DNA of 63,652 bases, the filler included, from Thraustochytrium aureum (Eukaryota): NCBI GenBank assembly GCA_012862495.1. It is 4 parts of 2 records of this genome, joined end to end, with 100 filler letters (N's around TTAATTAATTAA, not from the genome) between each part and the next. Parts side by side here need not be neighbours in the genome. Positions count along the whole stretch, not along the records: positions 49,837 to 63,652 come from BLSG01000314.1; 3 more parts are not named here. One strand, 5' to 3'. A program made the position numbers and the translations under genes. How positions within the stretch are numbered: position 1 is the first letter of the stretch; each line of letters starts with the position of its first letter. This document shows, in pieces, positions 59,236 through 63,652 of this stretch. The notes below the pieces were generated by a model. The model saw only the letters and a list, made by a program, of their open reading frames with translations. It was not told where the DNA came from and ran no database searches.

Positions 59236-62200
59236 CTAGAACGCCATCCCGAGAAAGCGTCGGAGGATCTTGAACTGCAGAAGACGCTCCGTCTGCAAGA
59301 CAACCAGAAACTTGAGGAGGAAGGCGGAGAGGATTTCCAGGCGGTTCTTTGCCCTCTCGTCCGCCGACTCTGCCGTTGTCTCGTCGTCGGGAAACGAAGG
59401 CAAGGCCTCTTCAACCGAATCCGGAATCTGCCCTGTCCCCAGAAACTCCTTCTCGTAAAAGTCGCGAAACTCCTCCCAGGTCGTCGTGAGCACAAAGTCC
59501 TCCCAGCCGTCCTCCGAGTCGGTCACTTTGCGGTGCCAATCCATGTTGAAGAGGAAAATGGTCCGCGTCCCGTCCCGATCGAGCTGCGACGTGACGCGCG
59601 GCGCCTCAAACTCGAACTGCTCCTGTTCATACTCGACGTAGAAGGGGAATCCGTGCTGCCCATCGAGATTGCGGAAGCCCTGCTGGCGCGTGAGCTCAAC
59701 CCGCATTCGTGCGAGGCGCGCCTCGTTTTCGATATCAACAGGGGCCTCGATGTCCGGGTTGCCGCAGTCCGGGCACTCGGTGAGGGGCGCGATCGGGAGG
59801 TTAAAGTAGTACCCGTTGCACTCTGGACACCTGCGCTTGTAGTCGGCCTGAGCGTCCTCCCCGTAAGCGCCAACGAAGTCGTCGAGGTATTCGGTCTCGG
59901 TGCTGACTTGCTGGAAAAGCGCAAGCTCGTACTCGGTCTGGCTGATCAACTTGGCCTCGAACAGCTCGCGGTACTCGACCATTGCCGGAGTGAGCTCGCC
60001 GGTCTCGAACTTTTGCGCCTCTTCGATCTCGTAGATGTACCGGTGCTTGGCGCGGTCGAACGCGCGCGCAAACTCGCCCATGAGGTAGTCGTCGTCAAAC
60101 CGGAAGCGCAAAAGGTCGAGTGTGCCGTAGTCCATCGCCATGGTTACCACTGAGACTGCGCCGAGCAACACCGCGCCGTTCTGCGGAGGCTCCGGCCGCT
60201 TCAGCACCATGTCGTCCTGTATCTGCAAAAGCCCAAGCGGCTCGCCCTTGCCGCGCACCTGGCCATCGTCTCCACGGTCGCCCTCGCTAAAGTACCGGAT
60301 TTGGTACCCGTTAATCTGCAAAACGCAGTCCTCCCACTCGGCGTCCGCATCGTCGGCTCCTGCATCGTAGCCCTCGGCCTCGGCCGCCGCCAGCTCATCG
60401 AGGCGGTCCTGGTCGGTTGGCGCCGAGCCCGCAGATCTGCCTGCGTCCGACTCGCGCTGTGTGCTCGCCGCGGGCTCGGAGAGGCGCCGCTGCGAGGACG
60501 ACTTGCGCCGGAAGATTTTCGTAAAGCAGGCCACGGAGCTCAGCGCGCTGCCCTTGCGCAAGCGCGCTTCCCCGCCGCCCGCGCCGGAGGCCAGTCCGCG
60601 CGAATTGGTCGGATTCGAAGCGGCTGCCAGCGCCGCCAGCGGCGTGAGTCGATGGTTCTGCGGGGGCGGCGGGCGCGCCTCGCGAACGACCTGGAACGCG
60701 ACGCCTTCGCTCAGCACGAGCGGCTCCTCCTCTTCCTCTTCTTCCTCTTCTTCGTCCTCTTCCCCACGCATCGCGCGAACGTCTCGCGCCGTAGAGCGAC
60801 GGAAGGACATGCGCATAGAGCGCTTTTTGTCGTCTATCATCAGCATGGCCTTCCCGGGCGCGACGCCGTCGCGAGCGATGAGACGAACGCTGCGTCGCAT
60901 CTTGGTCTCCTTGTCTTTGGACTCGATGTGGCGTAGCGAGAGGTGGTTGGCCCGACGCTCGAGGTCTTGGGCTCGCGATGCGACCATGGCCTCCTCGACC
61001 TCGAGGCGGCTTTTCTCTTCGGCGCTGGCTTGCTGCTTTTGCTTTTTGAGCTCCTTGAGCCGCTTCTTCTCCGCTTTGGCGCGGCGCTCGGCTTCCTTGA
61101 GCATCTCCTTTTCGCGCTCTGCGCGAAGGCGAGCGAGTTCTTCCTTGGCCTCGATCTCCATGAGCCTGCGGCGCGCGAGGCGCTGGAGGATGCTGGCGGC
61201 ACCCTGGCGGTCCCGCGACTCCTCGAGCATCTTGATAAAATGACGCACGGCCACCGCCTTGGCGAAGGCACGGCGCCACAGGGCGCGCGCAAAGGCCTGC
61301 GTGAAGCGCTTGGCGATTTCCTTGTCGAGCTTTTGGCCGCTCATGGCGCCGGCCAGGACCTCGTTGACCTTCTCGAGCATGCCCGACTTGAAGAACACGC
61401 GCGTCATGCCAAGCTTGTAGGTGTCCGCGCCGATGTCGAACGCGTAGAAGAGCGCCTTGACGAAGAGCTTGTCGTTTCCGCCGCCCAGCGTCTCCCAGAC
61501 GCGAATGGCGTCCTCTGGCAGCAGGCTCGAGTACGACTCGATGAACATGCTGAACTCAATCCGCGTCGGCAACCCGCCACGAAGCACTTCGGCGGTCTGC
61601 GGGATGCTGAGGTTGACCAGCTGCGGCATCACATAGGTGCTGTCGAACCAATCGTTGTCTCCCTTGCCCTTGCGCGTCATGCTGGCGTTGNNNNNNNNNN
61701 NNNNNNNNNNNNNNNNNNNNNNNNNNNNNNNNNNNNNNNNNNNNNNNNNNNNNNNNNNNNNNNNNNNNNNNNNNNNNNNNNNNNNNNNNNNNNNNNNNNN
61801 NNNNNNNNNNNNNNCTCCAGCTGGTTTCTTGTTCTTCTTGTCCTTTTTGCTCTTCTTGTTCGCGCTGTCTGGCACCTCGCCACCTTGGAGGAGGGCGACG
61901 CAGGCCAGGTTGTCAGGCGGGAGCTGGCGCGAATCTTCGTCGACGAGGAGGCCCTCGCGCTCGTACAACTGCGCTTCCGCCTGGAAAATCTGCTGGTTGA
62001 AGCAGCTCTGCAACGCTTCGTTGGTGAAGTTGATGAGGAGCTGCTCAAAGTCGTTCACCTTGAAGGTTTCGAACCCAAAAATGTCGAGAACGCCGATGAA
62101 GGGCAGGCCCTCGAGGGAGCCCTTTTCGCTGAGAGACGCGGTGATCTTGGTCACGAGCCAGTCAAAGACCCCAACGTAGAGAAACTTGACGACAGCGTCG

Positions 62201-63517
62201 AGGGCGTACTTTGCGCCGCGCGCGTCGCGCTTTTTGACGAGCTCGTCGTTCACGGTCTTGACCTTGTGCTCGGTGAAGACTTTGGTGAGCTTGGCGGCCT
62301 TGAGGCCAAGCAGCTTGGCGGCCGTCTCGAGCGGCGCATCGTCCGCCAGCGCCGCCACGCTGCCCTCCGAGCTGTCTTTCTCGGTAAACTTGATGTTGCC
62401 GAGGTGCAGGATGGCCGCCACCGTGGCCAGAAGGCCGTCGCCCTCGTCGTCCTCGCCGCTGTCGTCCGTTGCGACGCCGACCGTCGCGAGCGCCTTGCAG
62501 AGCTCTTCAAAGTTGGCCTTGTCGTCCTCTGCCTTGGGCAGGTGGCTGGAGACCTTGTCGCCGCCTCCGCCAGCCTTTGCGAGGCGCCCCGGCGCCCCCG
62601 CGCCGTGGCCAGCGGCCGGCTTTTTCGGCTTGAGGTACTCAAAGTCCTGGTCCAGTTTGAGCCGCTTTTTCAACTTTTTTGCCCGCGCCATGGACGAGTT
62701 GGTAAAACACGTGGTAGGTGCGCTCGCCTTCGACGTGGTAGGTGACGCGCGAGCGCTCGAGCAGGTACGTGTTGACGCTCGCGCCGAAGATCTGCATCGG
62801 TTTGCCGCGATCCTTCTTCTTGCCGGGCTTGGTGTAGTGGAGCTTCATAAACTTGCCGAAGCGGGACGAGTTGTGGTTGCGCTTGGTAGCTGCGTTGCCG
62901 AAGGCCTCGAGGATCGGGTTGCTCTCGATCAGGCGCTGGTCGAGGTCGTCGTCGCTGTTGCCCTGCTTGACGCTGCGCTGCACAAGGTGCTTCAACACGT
63001 ACTTGCTCGACTCGGTCTTGCCGGCGCCAGACTCGCCGCCCACGACGATTGACTGGTCTACCGGGGTCTCGGTTGACTCGCTGCGCTTGGCGTTGAATAC
63101 GAGCTGCTGGTATGCGCTCTCGGCGATCGCGTAGGGGTGCGGCGTGTTGACGGCAGTTGGCTTGCCGAGGATCCCGCTTGGGTCCTTTACGCGCTGCAGC
63201 GGATTGACGGCCACCAGCACGCTTCCCGACAAGAACGTGTACGGCTCGTCTTGGAGCGACCGTTGCTTGAGGTTGTGCAGGATCCCGGGCACGTGGAAAA
63301 ACTGCAAGCTGGTCATGTCGGATACCACGCTGGAGTTGGCTGGGAACAGCTTTTTCGCGTCGTCCTCAATGTTCATCTTGAACGTCTTGGAGCCGTCGTC
63401 GGCCTGCAGCTTGACGGTGTTCCCGTGCCTCGCCTTGACCTGCACAAGCCGCCACGTGTCCAGCTCACCTTGCACCCATGCTTCGGTGCCCGGCGCGAAC
63501 CGCTTCGTCGACTCCAT
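59236..63517 (-). CDS. Myosin with IQ, charged helix and a PH-like, SHOCT-like, zinc-ribbon, PX-like tail; frameshift ~62680, internal gap
   Basis: GESGAGKTE, EAFGNAATKRNHNSSRFGK, LDIFGFE, FEQLLINFTNE, YKLGMTRVFFK. The tail carries CPECNG...CPDCGN and a PX-like C-terminus. Confidence 0.88.
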
Positions 63518-63652
63518 GCCGCTGCCAACCAAAACCCTCAGCCGCAGCCTCGCGTCCAGCGCCGCTCCGTCCGCGCGTTCTCCGCCGACCCGCTCAGCGC
63601 CGCCACGCCCTCGCGCGCGCCGCTCTCAAGCCGAGCGGGCACCTGAACCGCA

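Noticed and set aside
927..63517. Calling frameshifted genes pseudogenes
   Set aside because: Conserved motifs are intact and there are no scattered in-frame stops. Decay of this many housekeeping genes is implausible.

Overview
GC-rich, gene-dense, intron-poor eukaryotic DNA from a draft assembly. The gene content (Shulin/DNAAF9, gamma-carbonic anhydrase, two divergent myosins, KNL1) suggests a flagellated protist, possibly a stramenopile such as a thraustochytrid; this taxon is an inference. I find about 25 protein-coding genes and no rRNA, tRNA, CRISPR array or intact mobile element. About 24 apparent frameshifts split many genes into several ORFs. Most can be repaired by one base in a short homopolymer, so they are probably sequencing errors. 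There are many N gaps, and three artificial 100-nt spacers (N44-TTAATTAATTAA-N44). Once the frameshifts are repaired, several unusual domain architectures appear. The most striking is one predicted protein at 25564-30523 (minus strand). It has a signal peptide, a Notum/pectin-acetylesterase-like ectodomain with the catalytic Ser apparently replaced by Arg, a TM helix, an intact ABCG half-transporter, a voltage-sensor-like 4-TM domain with an RxxRxxR S4, and a Pro/Gln-rich tail. Other notable proteins are a FAM194-thioredoxin-like-receiver fusion, a myosin with a membrane-spanning tail, a myosin with a PH-SHOCT-zinc ribbon-PX tail, and a KNL1 with [DE]xTVELG repeats in place of MELT. All domain calls come from motifs recognised by eye, not from database searches.
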